Below, piece after piece: positions 54,960 through 64,000 of a stretch of DNA of 64,000 bases. This stretch comes from a virus (taxonomy: Duplodnaviria > Caudoviricetes), in the IMG/VR virus record IMGVR_UViG_3300038679_000051, positions 96,001 through 160,000 of that record; one strand, written 5' to 3'. Numbering within the stretch: position 1 is the stretch's first letter; every line of letters starts with the position of its first letter. Below the pieces are notes generated by a model. That model saw only the letters and a list, made by a program, of their open reading frames with translations. It was not told where the DNA came from and made no database searches. Position numbers and translations under genes: made by a program.

Positions 54960-55603
54960 GCATTTCTCCTTCTAGCCAATCCTGTGATTGCTTCTAACAA
55001 TTTCTCTGGATTGAGAAAAAACGTCTCATCTATTGTATCATGTTTGGCGAATTCAGCCAAAAGCCAGAAAGATGGTATTCCGTCTGGACAATCGAAGAAG
55101 ACATCTTTGCTCAGTTGCTTGGCAAGCAACAATTCCTCTATGGTGCCAACTGTAAAAATTTTTGGTAGACGACATAATATGACGTCACTAATTGTCACCA
55201 TAGTTCTACACATTTCTATGCAGGCGTTCATACCAACAAATGCATCCTTAACGTTTTTGCGTTCATTCAACATTTTCCAATATTCATCTTGTGGCAAGTA
55301 TGCTTCTTTTGGCATGCCATGTGGCTTGATCAACGGATTGAGAATCGATATTAAATTTCTGTTTGATATGTCTCTTATCGTAGATAATTTATACGTCCAC
55401 CAATCACGCCAGTCGCCGGGCTTGGCATCATGTTCAATTGGGCCGCATAGATAAACTGTGGTGGTGACCATAGACATGAAATACATTGTTAATCCGATAC
55501 GGCTCACTAAACGAAGTTGGGTAGATTGTCCTAATTGCAACGGCATTGGCTCAAAAATTGTCAGGGATGGTGTAATTAAAGTATTAAAATGTGCCGAATG
55601 CAA
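54947..55603 (-). CDS. Nucleoside 2-deoxyribosyltransferase / DNPH1-like N-glycosidase (likely start near MVTTT)
   Basis: VYLCGPI...WR, SDVIL, VGT.EE...A..L.K. Confidence 0.65.
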   Translation of the reverse strand: MHSAHFNTLITPSLTIFEPMPLQLGQSTQLRLVSRIGLTMYFMSMVTTTVYLCGPIEHDAKPGDWRDWWTYKLSTIRDISNRNLISILNPLIKPHGMPKEAYLPQDEYWKMLNERKNVKDAFVGMNACIEMCRTMVTISDVILCRLPKIFTVGTIEELLLAKQLSKDVFFDCPDGIPSFWLLAEFAKHDTIDETFFLNPEKLLEAITGLARRRNACLV

Positions 55604-55916
55604 AAAATACGTGAAATTACATAATTACTTTAAAACAAACGATCTTGGTCATGTTTTAGGTAAATTGATCAATACATATAATGATTTGAATTCGATATTA
55701 GTTAGTTTGCCAAAAGATTTGGATCAGAAATTAGTCATTGATATTCTGAACGTCGCATTGTCGCGTGACATGATCGTAGCGGCAAAAATATATGGGAAGA
55801 TTACGTTGTATCGTTCACCTTTCCCTGTGTACGTCATGAAACTGAGGAGACCTAGATATGCCAACAAAACCGGAACAAAAAAAGACCGCCGCCGGTCCAT
55901 ACGGTGGGGGAAATAA
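55476..55916 (+). CDS. Zinc-finger hypothetical protein
   Basis: CPNC...CAEC. Confidence 0.5.
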   Translation: MKYIVNPIRLTKRSWVDCPNCNGIGSKIVRDGVIKVLKCAECKKYVKLHNYFKTNDLGHVLGKLINTYNDLNSILVSLPKDLDQKLVIDILNVALSRDMIVAAKIYGKITLYRSPFPVYVMKLRRPRYANKTGTKKDRRRSIRWGK

Positions 55917-56031
55917 ATATGGACAAATGACGATTAAGAATGAATTCATAGTCGTCAATGATCGACCTTCCGGGAAATTCGGCAAAAAAGCCGATAACAG
56001 CAACGAGAAAAGAAAAGAAAGGAGTTAAAAC

Positions 56032-56238
56032 ATGCCACAGAGAGACGGTACTGGACCCGCTGGGAAAGGACCAATGACTGGACGTGGGGCTGGTTATTGT
56101 TGGGCACGTGATCTGAAACAACGTGGCCCTCAGAATGCGCCAGGGAAGAAAAATCCTGGCATAAGCCGTAATATGGGCCAAAACGTGCAATCACACCAAC
56201 CTAATCAATCACCACCCCAAGGGTGGCGTTATATCTGA
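56032..56238 (+). CDS. DUF5320-like protein
   Basis: MP.RDGTGP.GKGPMTGRG.GYC. Confidence 0.75.
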   Translation: MPQRDGTGPAGKGPMTGRGAGYCWARDLKQRGPQNAPGKKNPGISRNMGQNVQSHQPNQSPPQGWRYI

Positions 56239-57497
56239 TTGGAATATGATTCAACTAAATTGACGACATTAATGGCATCTTTGTCCATATATATTTCCCA
56301 TTGTGCAGAATTTGCATTATTGTCCATACAGACGTATTCAATGCCATGATTGTCAATCCATTTACTGCCAATCGTATATCCTTTACTCACATCATCATGT
56401 GGCGTTGGTTTCCGTTCCTCATCCATGTTGTGCTTTGTTAATTGTGGTATTATATCATTCTGCATTAATGTCATTCTGATTATGCGCAATTTCTCCTTTA
56501 CTGAACTTGAATGTAAGCCCAGGAATTTGGCTATCATTGAATAATTATATCTTGCTTCTTCACCAAATTCCATTAAGAAAATGTCTGGTGGATCGGACAT
56601 TATTAAATAGACGTCTCTACATTCTTCCGGAATTAAATCATCGATCTCTCTAAGATTTACGCTCTTGCGCTCAATTTCGTTGTGTTTGCGGTTATCAGTC
56701 TGCATCCGATATTCTAGTGAATCTCTATATCTATCGTTTTCTTCATCACCACCCTCAAAACTCGTTATAGATAAATTCTCTTTATGCCTCTGCTCCACGG
56801 TAATGGTTATGTCATTCAGACGGGTGATGATTATCATGCCAGGAATTACGTTTATAGAACATCCAGATCTTTTGACTATGTCTACGAATTTGGATGCTCC
56901 AATTATGCCATCATCCATGTTTAATATTGACATTACGTTGCTACTACAGTGATCAGTATCTAATTTGATGAACGTGTGATTTTCATCATGCGTTAAAACA
57001 TATCTGTTTTCGAGTCCTTGTGAATTTAATAATTTTTTAATCTCTTCTATGACTATTTCCTCACCCGCAATTTTCTTCTTCTGTGAAATTGTAACCGCTG
57101 GTATTACGTTTTCCCTAATGATCTGTTTTAGATAATTAAACACCCAATATGTAAAAATTTTCCTCATTTGGTTTGGATCATTTAATACTTCATTCTCTAC
57201 TGGCTGCACGAACAAAGTCGTGACACCAGCTCGCATGACTGCTATGTCAAATTCACCCTGAGCCACTTCTGGGTTACAATATTCGTTTTTAATTGTGGTG
57301 GCCAATTTCCTACAGAAAATGCTCCGACATTTTTGCATTTCTGGCATGCTTCGTACTCGCCGTATCAATGTGTCTAGCCTTTCTCTGTCCCCATCCGACA
57401 AATTTTTCAATGTGTCGTTGTATCGTTTTCCTCTGAGGAAGAGTTTGGCTACTTGGCGCATTTCTGTTTTCTCCAAATCTAATGTTAAATGATCCAC
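56229..57497 (-). CDS. Divergent sigma-70-like factor (region 2 plus region 4 HTH) with a C-terminal extra module
   Basis: AQGEFDIAVMRA...FTYWVFNYLKQIIRE; IDDLIPEECRDVY...YSMIAKFLGLHSSSVKEKL. Confidence 0.55.
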   Translation of the reverse strand: MDHLTLDLEKTEMRQVAKLFLRGKRYNDTLKNLSDGDRERLDTLIRRVRSMPEMQKCRSIFCRKLATTIKNEYCNPEVAQGEFDIAVMRAGVTTLFVQPVENEVLNDPNQMRKIFTYWVFNYLKQIIRENVIPAVTISQKKKIAGEEIVIEEIKKLLNSQGLENRYVLTHDENHTFIKLDTDHCSSNVMSILNMDDGIIGASKFVDIVKRSGCSINVIPGMIIITRLNDITITVEQRHKENLSITSFEGGDEENDRYRDSLEYRMQTDNRKHNEIERKSVNLREIDDLIPEECRDVYLIMSDPPDIFLMEFGEEARYNYSMIAKFLGLHSSSVKEKLRIIRMTLMQNDIIPQLTKHNMDEERKPTPHDDVSKGYTIGSKWIDNHGIEYVCMDNNANSAQWEIYMDKDAINVVNLVESYSNQI

Positions 57498-57527
57498 AGT
57501 ATTTTAATGCTCTTGGGGGGAGCAAAC

Positions 57528-58199
57528 ATGACAAAGTACGTCGATACGAAAGAACTTGAAAAGACATGGGGAGGATGGCTAAACGACAAAGACCCACAGA
57601 AATGGGAGTCTCTATCGTTGATGGTTTACAAAATATGCGACGGAGTGTCAACACATTTCAATCCTAAAAATGATGACGAAAAAATTGAACATACCCACGA
57701 CGCTACGACAGCAATCCTGGATAAGATCAATTCAGGGAAATTGCGATTTGTCGCTGGCAAAGCACCAGTATTTAATTTATTAACGACCACTGCATTCCAC
57801 TTATTGTACTCGAAAATGAATAAAGCCAAAAGGCTCAAACAACAAATAGACAAGTACAAGCAAAAAATTTCAACAAAGCTCATTGATATCAAATCCTATG
57901 AAAGAAGCCAAAATTTTATGTCCGTGTGCAATTTTACCACACCGTTAATTCCTTGTCAAGTATCTAACGAGAAACTAACCAATGACAATGATGACTATAA
58001 ATACATAATTGATCGTTATCCAAATGTCGTGCCGGGTTCTTTCATACGTGATCATTTAAAAAAGAGAACGTCATGTTTGATTAATTGTAAATGTGGTGAG
58101 CAGGTGAGAGTCCTAACATGTAGTTTGTTCCAAACAAAATTATGTCATAAATGTAAATCGAGGAAAAGACATGGCATCGCCGCCAATGAGACGCGTTAA
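57528..58199 (+). CDS. Sigma-like (gp55-type region 2) factor with C-terminal zinc ribbon
   Basis: LSLMVYKICDGVS..F...HDA.TAIL.K...F..GKAPVFNLLTTTAF; C.C.CG...C.KC. Confidence 0.5.
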   Translation: MTKYVDTKELEKTWGGWLNDKDPQKWESLSLMVYKICDGVSTHFNPKNDDEKIEHTHDATTAILDKINSGKLRFVAGKAPVFNLLTTTAFHLLYSKMNKAKRLKQQIDKYKQKISTKLIDIKSYERSQNFMSVCNFTTPLIPCQVSNEKLTNDNDDYKYIIDRYPNVVPGSFIRDHLKKRTSCLINCKCGEQVRVLTCSLFQTKLCHKCKSRKRHGIAANETR

Positions 58200-59223
58200 C
58201 ATAACGATAAAACATAATCTGCCAAAATTTGTAAATCTTGGGCGACAAACAATAGCTGCGGCTAGAGCAACCAAGACGGCAAAAATTCCACAAACATTAA
58301 AACGGCAATCATCTACGTTGGTGGTGCAACATTCTCGACCATCACCTGTACCACAACCTCAATTGCAACCTCAACCTCAACCTCAACCTCAACCTCAACA
58401 ATTACGACGACCAACGCCGCAAGAGCTTAGAAGGCCGTCGGTTGTGGCTCAACCGAAACGTATACAATTAAAAAAGACATCAGCCAACGTCGCAGGAATA
58501 CGAAAAACATTAATCAACGCCATAGATGCTAACGTTGCACAATTAAGAGACGTAGGAAAAGGACGTATATTGATCGTTGTAGGTAATGGTCCATCGATTT
58601 CAGAAGCACCACTAGATAAATTAAAAGGCGTCGAATTGATTGATATAATGTCAATTAACAAACCAGACAAAAGACTATGGCCGACTAGATGGTGGTCAAT
58701 CTGCGATCATACTCAATATTTGCGAAATCCAGACAATTGGAATGACACTAGAACGCACGTAATCACAGCTACCTCTGTCAGAGTCAAAGACAGAACTGAG
58801 AATAGAACCATAGTTAGAATAAAGCAGGGGATAGGATTCTCTAGAGATTTAATGCAAGGATATCACATAGGTAGATCAACGGTATATGCAAACATGCAGA
58901 CTGCGCATTATATGAATTATGATAAAGTATTTATTTTTGGGTTAGACATGTGTGCTGATCCAAAAACTGGAAAATTACATCATTATGGGACGAATCCTGA
59001 TGTCAGCCCTAACATACGTAAGGATAGGTTTAAACATGAGGCCAATAGTTATCAATGGGCTGCAGACAATTTAACGGAAAATGAAAGAGACAGATATGTC
59101 ATTTGTAGCGCCTGGAACCCATGGCCGTTCGCCAATCGTTTCAATAGACTCGACCATAAAACTGCCGTCGATGACATACTTAAATTAGTTGAACAGATCA
59201 AGGCTCGCCCAAAGGAGGGTTGA
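58171..59223 (+). CDS. MptE/DUF115-like glycosyl-modification protein with a basic, PQ-repeat N-terminus
   Basis: LIVVGNGPSI, MSIN, GRSTVYANMQ.A.YM..DKVFIFGLDM; caacct hexamer repeats. Confidence 0.7.
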   Translation: MASPPMRRVNITIKHNLPKFVNLGRQTIAAARATKTAKIPQTLKRQSSTLVVQHSRPSPVPQPQLQPQPQPQPQPQQLRRPTPQELRRPSVVAQPKRIQLKKTSANVAGIRKTLINAIDANVAQLRDVGKGRILIVVGNGPSISEAPLDKLKGVELIDIMSINKPDKRLWPTRWWSICDHTQYLRNPDNWNDTRTHVITATSVRVKDRTENRTIVRIKQGIGFSRDLMQGYHIGRSTVYANMQTAHYMNYDKVFIFGLDMCADPKTGKLHHYGTNPDVSPNIRKDRFKHEANSYQWAADNLTENERDRYVICSAWNPWPFANRFNRLDHKTAVDDILKLVEQIKARPKEG

Positions 59224-59582
59224 AAGTGGAGAACCAAGTCCAATTTGAGACTATATTAACACAAGAATGGCTTTCAAACGTTCAGAGAAAAATAACCAAT
59301 GAGAAAACAGTAACTGAACAGATGGCTGTTCTGGTTGAATTATTGGGACGCTGGAAGACATTATTGCGATCTATGAAAATTGAAATTGAACGGTTTGCCT
59401 TGAAATTCGGTGAGGATAATTCCATATATCTTTTTGTAATTGCACAACCAAAAGCTATGACCAAAGAACTTTATTTATTAACATCCCAATTGGACGGGAT
59501 AGTCCATGCAATTACGGGATTTGATTGTGAATCAGCATTAGTTGAAGAAGCACCACTCACAGCAAACTGTTTGATAAATTAA
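59220..59582 (+). CDS. Hypothetical protein
   Basis: 120-aa ORF. Confidence 0.5.
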   Translation: MKVENQVQFETILTQEWLSNVQRKITNEKTVTEQMAVLVELLGRWKTLLRSMKIEIERFALKFGEDNSIYLFVIAQPKAMTKELYLLTSQLDGIVHAITGFDCESALVEEAPLTANCLIN

Positions 59583-59866
59583 TGATTATACTTTCTGCTA
59601 ATTATTGCTTTCCATTGTAGAAGAATTTCTGCAACTACCATTCCATGACGATTCTGGTCGATAGCCATATGTTTAATCGACGTTTTTAATAAATGCTCCG
59701 CGATCACAGTTGCAGTTACATCCTCTTTGAGTAAGCGGAAAACTTGCGGAACATATTCATGGTATTCATTACGTGCTTGTGGAGTCTCTGCTACTCCAAT
59801 GGGATCCCAGACATAATAAAGTACTTCGTCAATGATGCGATAAAGTTCTTCATCATGGGTCATCAA
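59579..59866 (-). CDS. Conserved bacterial-type small protein (DUF1871-like)
   Basis: L.YVWDPIGV......EY..YVPQV..LL. Confidence 0.6.
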   Translation of the reverse strand: MMTHDEELYRIIDEVLYYVWDPIGVAETPQARNEYHEYVPQVFRLLKEDVTATVIAEHLLKTSIKHMAIDQNRHGMVVAEILLQWKAIISRKYNH

Positions 59867-60399
59867 ATCGGTCTCTTTTTAGAATAGAATTGATTTGATG
59901 CCATCGATGCAGTGATAGGCGTAGGCGCAATGGTTGGGGCGGTATCAAGATATCCACCTTGTTTATGTTGTAATTCACCTACGATGAATTTGATGATCTG
60001 TTTCGGCGTAACCATTTTTCTAGAAGACATCGACGTCGCACCAGCATACTGACCAAGATTCAATTCATTAATGTCCTTGTGGGTTGAATTACCCAAGTAC
60101 ATTCTACTATGTCCCAAAACAAATAAATTCCATCCAACTCTTACTGTGCCGCTTGATGGGTCTATTTCTTCCATGTATGGTACGATTTCCACCTTGCCTA
60201 AAAGTTGAGGTATTTCTTTAGATAAATCAGCAATCATAGGGGGATAAACATGTATGTCGAAATTATCTGCAAATCCCTTTTTGATGAAATAACGAATGAG
60301 CAGCCTTTTGGCATATTCAAGGTTAAACATCATTCTAATTTTTTCCTGAATTGTTTGTCGCATTCCATCCTCCTGTCTTATTTTTGAATGACTTTTCAT
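59863..60399 (-). CDS. Hypothetical protein
   Basis: 178-aa ORF. Confidence 0.55.
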   Translation of the reverse strand: MKSHSKIRQEDGMRQTIQEKIRMMFNLEYAKRLLIRYFIKKGFADNFDIHVYPPMIADLSKEIPQLLGKVEIVPYMEEIDPSSGTVRVGWNLFVLGHSRMYLGNSTHKDINELNLGQYAGATSMSSRKMVTPKQIIKFIVGELQHKQGGYLDTAPTIAPTPITASMASNQFYSKKRPI

Positions 60400-62225
60400 A
60401 GTCCTTCAATTCTGACCGTTGATTTACCATTCACACCAGGTGGTCGTTTTTCTACTATGATTTTGGTCGGAAATGCGTCGAACATTTCTGATTTATGACT
60501 TATGACTAATATACTATCCGGACGATCGGTCATTTGGTCATTGTTTACAAAATCCTTCCAAATGATCTCGACGAATGATTGTATCCCACTCTTATCCAAT
60601 CTCCCATCTATCTCATCAAGCACTAATATGTTGCATTGTTTGCCATATATGGCAGAATGTAGATCATATAGTGCAAACATCAATGCGACGTCAATTCTCT
60701 TTTTCTCACCGCCGGAAAACCAGACGTAATCCCATTTGTCGCTCTTACATTGTAGATATTGATTAAATTCTAACTTAGTATCAAGACCAACTGCTTCTAT
60801 ATAATATGAAAGTCTATTATTTAAATATGGTATCAAATCAGTCAATATCAGACTCTTTAATTTGTTTTTGTCATGATACATTTTGTAGATATAATCAACA
60901 TGTCTTATGAAGACGTTCAGTTTTGTCGTCTTCAGATCATGGTCTCGCAATTTTTCTTTGGTCTTTATTAATTGTTTATTATATTCATCTATTAACGTTT
61001 CGTAGGGATTCCTTTCGTTCTGTTTAGATTCAATCATTAATTTATGCTGAGAAATGTCTCTAACCAGATTGTTTACAGATGCATTATGTAATTCTGCTTC
61101 ACGCGCCGTGATTTTTGGTTTGATCTCTTCTAATTTTTGTTCCGCTTTATTGGCAGTCGTTCTTAATTGATTGATTGTGGTCGTTATCTGCGTCTTTGCG
61201 TCAACCAATTTTGACATTTCCTCTATGATTTCATCAATGTGTTTTTTGGCATGATTTGGATCGATTTTTTGTAGACATTTCGCACAGATCCCACCGGATT
61301 TCTTTTTCCATTCATCCATTATTCTATTTCTAGAATCGATTTTCGAATTGATGTTTAATAATTCATTAGAATTATAATCGTCAATTTTCGATCGCATCGC
61401 ATTTATTTTGCTCTGAACCTTTGATACGACTTCCCATTTCTTTTTTAGATCCTGAATGTCGATCAGATTCCCATCTCTGGTCAATTTTTCTTCCATAGTG
61501 GATAACGCCATTGTCATCTTCTTGATCTTATCTGATCTCTCAATCTCGAACGGTTTCATCTTTTGTTTGGTGTTTACAATGTCAGATTCTATTCGGCTTA
61601 ATTCAGAAACCATGTCATCATATGCAATTGCATTCATCGATTGCATCTGGTTGAGTTCTTTGACCTTTTCGCCAGCTATTTCGGCGCGGACGTTCATTCT
61701 ATGGAGGTGCAATAATCTTTCGAGTGATTTACGGCGTTTTGCGTCCGGTAATTCTAAGAATGGTTTACTGAATTGTCCGAAGAACGTTCCGGCTATGAAC
61801 AATTCGTAATCCAGATCGAACATTTTGTTTAATGTGGCTTGCGTATTAGTGCTCGTCGAATGAGTGATGTCGGTCTGATCTTTATAAATGAATAATTCGT
61901 TGGCATTCTTTCTTCTGAATCGTTTAATTGTATGTCCAGTGTCGGTCTCCAATGACACATAACATTCATCTAGACCCCAACCTATTACATTGTTTGCTGG
62001 TCGTTCTGACGACGGCATTTTGCCAAATAAGCACCACAATATAGCATCTACCAAAGTGCTCTTGCCAGCGCCGTTGCTAACATCGTCACCATTATGGCCA
62101 ATTATCAAAGTCGGACCGAGATTGTCGAGACGAATCGTCGTTTCTTCTACACCAAAAGATCTAAAACCACTAATCGTAACGCTCTTTAATCCAAGCATCC
62201 ATCCTTCTCCATTCTTTTCAACCAT
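60396..62225 (-). CDS. sbcC: SbcC/Rad50-like recombination ATPase (T4 gp46-like)
   Basis: GFRSFG, NGAGKSTL, CAKC zinc hook, FSGGEKKRI, ILVLDEIDG.LD, ISH. Confidence 0.92.
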   Translation of the reverse strand: MVEKNGEGWMLGLKSVTISGFRSFGVEETTIRLDNLGPTLIIGHNGDDVSNGAGKSTLVDAILWCLFGKMPSSERPANNVIGWGLDECYVSLETDTGHTIKRFRRKNANELFIYKDQTDITHSTSTNTQATLNKMFDLDYELFIAGTFFGQFSKPFLELPDAKRRKSLERLLHLHRMNVRAEIAGEKVKELNQMQSMNAIAYDDMVSELSRIESDIVNTKQKMKPFEIERSDKIKKMTMALSTMEEKLTRDGNLIDIQDLKKKWEVVSKVQSKINAMRSKIDDYNSNELLNINSKIDSRNRIMDEWKKKSGGICAKCLQKIDPNHAKKHIDEIIEEMSKLVDAKTQITTTINQLRTTANKAEQKLEEIKPKITAREAELHNASVNNLVRDISQHKLMIESKQNERNPYETLIDEYNKQLIKTKEKLRDHDLKTTKLNVFIRHVDYIYKMYHDKNKLKSLILTDLIPYLNNRLSYYIEAVGLDTKLEFNQYLQCKSDKWDYVWFSGGEKKRIDVALMFALYDLHSAIYGKQCNILVLDEIDGRLDKSGIQSFVEIIWKDFVNNDQMTDRPDSILVISHKSEMFDAFPTKIIVEKRPPGVNGKSTVRIEGL

Positions 62226-62515
62226 TCATCTCTCTCTGGTAGTGATCTTTCGATTCCATCACCATCAATCTTACCGCCGAATCTTTTTAAAAGAATCATC
62301 GCCGGTTCATATATCTGTTTCCAATCACCCTTCCATGGCACGACTATGAATATTTCGATTTCATTACCAATCTTGATCAGTATGTCTACGTCATTCTTCC
62401 TGTAAGTGTGATAATCCTTATCTTTACCCACATATGAAAAATTCATGTTTAGACATGCCATTTCAATTTCTGATAAGACGTTTCGTTTTATTTTGATGTG
62501 AACCGCATAACTCAT
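62186..62515 (-). CDS. Hypothetical protein inserted between sbcD and sbcC
   Basis: 109-aa ORF whose start overlaps the sbcD stop. Confidence 0.5.
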   Translation of the reverse strand: MSYAVHIKIKRNVLSEIEMACLNMNFSYVGKDKDYHTYRKNDVDILIKIGNEIEIFIVVPWKGDWKQIYEPAMILLKRFGGKIDGDGIERSLPERDEWLKRMEKDGCLD

Positions 62516-63612
62516 TCATCGTCCTCCAACCCTTTTTCGATGAGTATTTCCTCGGCTCTCTCAGATATGCTCTCATTCAATTTTTCCAATAATTTTATGT
62601 CATATTCAGTTGGTTTGTCGACGCTAAGCCAAGTATGTAGAGCAGATTTGTGATTTCGCAAATCCACCTTTACGTTCGACATTTTTCTTTCGGTTTCAAT
62701 CTGTTCCTTAGGTCGTGCAAAGACTACTGATTTCGCACCACTCTCGATCAAGTTTTGTCGAATGGTCGTCAATTCGTTTGGCGTATATTCTCTAGATAAG
62801 ATGATTTTTATATTATTGCCTTTTGCGTTCTTGATTATGGTTCCCTCTTCCGTGTCACTCATATTAGTCAAATGTTTTGGCGGTGCCTGACTTAATAATT
62901 CAGCCGGACATGCATCATATATGTCTATGAATTCAACCTTTCGGGGATTGAAATTTACGACCAGAAATCCATGATCAACTAATCCATCGTCGAATCTAAA
63001 TGAAATTGGACTGCCTGGATACCAAATCCGATCTCCTACTTGTTGTTGGCAATGGAAGTGTCCAGTGAAAATTGATGACATTTTTACGTCATCGAAATGA
63101 ACTTTCGACCAATGTTGTAATAGGAAGCATCTGTTTAGTTCCGCGCCGCGCACTCCGATGTGCGTCAATAGGATGTCTTGTGGTTCAGCACGATTGTTGA
63201 TCTCCATCAGATGGACCAAATATTCATCTTCATTATAAATGAATGGCAATATGAAGAATTTGAAGTCGACGAAATCAATCACTGATGGTTCGTCGATCGC
63301 CGTCAACACTTTACCAAGCGGTCTCACTGAATTTATGTCCCATGAATTCTTTAAAAACATGTCATGGTTTCCTGGGAACGTGGTCCATTTTTGTCCCCAT
63401 TTTTCTTGCGTTTCGCTGAAAAAATCATATGCTTTAACTAACGTCTCAATGTTTATGCTTACCCGATCGTGAAACAAATCCCCTAGACAATAAACGTTGG
63501 TTATGTGATGATCATGTGCATATTGTCGCATAATCATCATAGCCCAAATACAATTGTCCAACTTGCTGGGGATTCCGAGATGTGGATCTGAAAAAATCAA
63601 TGCTTTATTCAT
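62512..63612 (-). CDS. sbcD: SbcD/Mre11-like nuclease (T4 gp47-like); start MNKALIFSD
   Basis: FSDPHLG, LGDLFH, GNHD, LTH, GHFH, YPGSP. Confidence 0.92.
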   Translation of the reverse strand: MNKALIFSDPHLGIPSKLDNCIWAMMIMRQYAHDHHITNVYCLGDLFHDRVSINIETLVKAYDFFSETQEKWGQKWTTFPGNHDMFLKNSWDINSVRPLGKVLTAIDEPSVIDFVDFKFFILPFIYNEDEYLVHLMEINNRAEPQDILLTHIGVRGAELNRCFLLQHWSKVHFDDVKMSSIFTGHFHCQQQVGDRIWYPGSPISFRFDDGLVDHGFLVVNFNPRKVEFIDIYDACPAELLSQAPPKHLTNMSDTEEGTIIKNAKGNNIKIILSREYTPNELTTIRQNLIESGAKSVVFARPKEQIETERKMSNVKVDLRNHKSALHTWLSVDKPTEYDIKLLEKLNESISERAEEILIEKGLEDDE

Positions 63613-63672
63613 AATCGTTAAATACTTGACAAAGATAACAAGTATTTGATATGTGGTTTCATGAATGGAGGA

Positions 63673-64000
63673 ATGATGCGAATAGACAACATGGGCAAAA
63701 GAAAATTGATTCTTGACCCGGTCGACCGGGTTGAGGACGTGAAAGTGGAAGACAATTTCATTGATGACGTTTTCCCAATGAAAGAGTATCGTCATGGACA
63801 GAAAGAAGCAATCAAGAAGATTTTAGATTCATTTTCTAGTGGGAAGAAATTCGTTCTTTTGAATGCACCAACTGGTAGTGGGAAAAGCGTGATTGGATAT
63901 ACCGTTTCTAAAATTTTAGGGTCATCGTTTTATTTGACTTCTACTAAGATATTACAATCACAATTGGTCGGCGATTTTGACGACATTGTTGATCTAAAAG
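63673..64000 (+). CDS. SF2 (DinG-like) helicase, N-terminal part (runs off the window end; not in the ORF track)
   Basis: Manual translation: FP.KEYR.GQKEAI...VLLNAPTGSGKS...YLTSTKILQ.Q; SD GGAGG upstream. Confidence 0.85.
   Translation, partial: MMRIDNMGKRKLILDPVDRVEDVKVEDNFIDDVFPMKEYRHGQKEAIKKILDSFSSGKKFVLLNAPTGSGKSVIGYTVSKILGSSFYLTSTKILQSQLVGDFDDIVDLK

Noticed and set aside
62512-63795. 427-aa length of the SbcD ORF in the track
   Set aside because: The first 61 codons are the antisense of the helicase start region; the nuclease motif begins at MNKALIFSD (63612).
1-64000. tRNA, rRNA or group I/II intron sequences
   Set aside because: No cloverleaf with T-loop/CCA or intron core motifs was recognised by eye; a tRNAscan or Infernal run would be needed to exclude them fully.

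Overview
This window is a 64-kb segment of a very large (jumbo/huge) dsDNA phage genome; the host cannot be assigned from the sequence. Bases 1-24850 are an almost entirely minus-strand accessory/early-type block. It holds short orphan genes, five DUF4116-like repeat genes plus remnants, a Ycf46-like AAA/DUF1257/DUF2997 module and a split MoxR-AAA/vWA pair. Its intergenic gaps contain seven complete and one degenerate type I hammerhead ribozymes, all on the coding strand and mostly just upstream of a ribosome-binding site. Bases 24850-25480 are a divergent non-coding junction with an 11-tract G-rich leader and iteron-like repeats. Bases 25480-64000 hold core genes: a canonical PurZ (2-aminoadenine, Z-DNA pathway), baseplate/tail genes, type IB topoisomerase, a large glycosyltransferase cluster, nucleotide metabolism genes (dut, tmk, dcd, DeoC-like, NDT-like), two divergent sigma-like factors, SbcC/SbcD (gp46/gp47) and a truncated SF2 helicase. 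The strongest novel signals are the genome-embedded hammerhead array (with a neighbouring cyclic-phosphate-type receiver gene and a 58-bp inverted-repeat-bounded segment carrying one ribozyme) and PurZ in a huge-phage context. All protein assignments come from motif recognition by eye; no database search was run.
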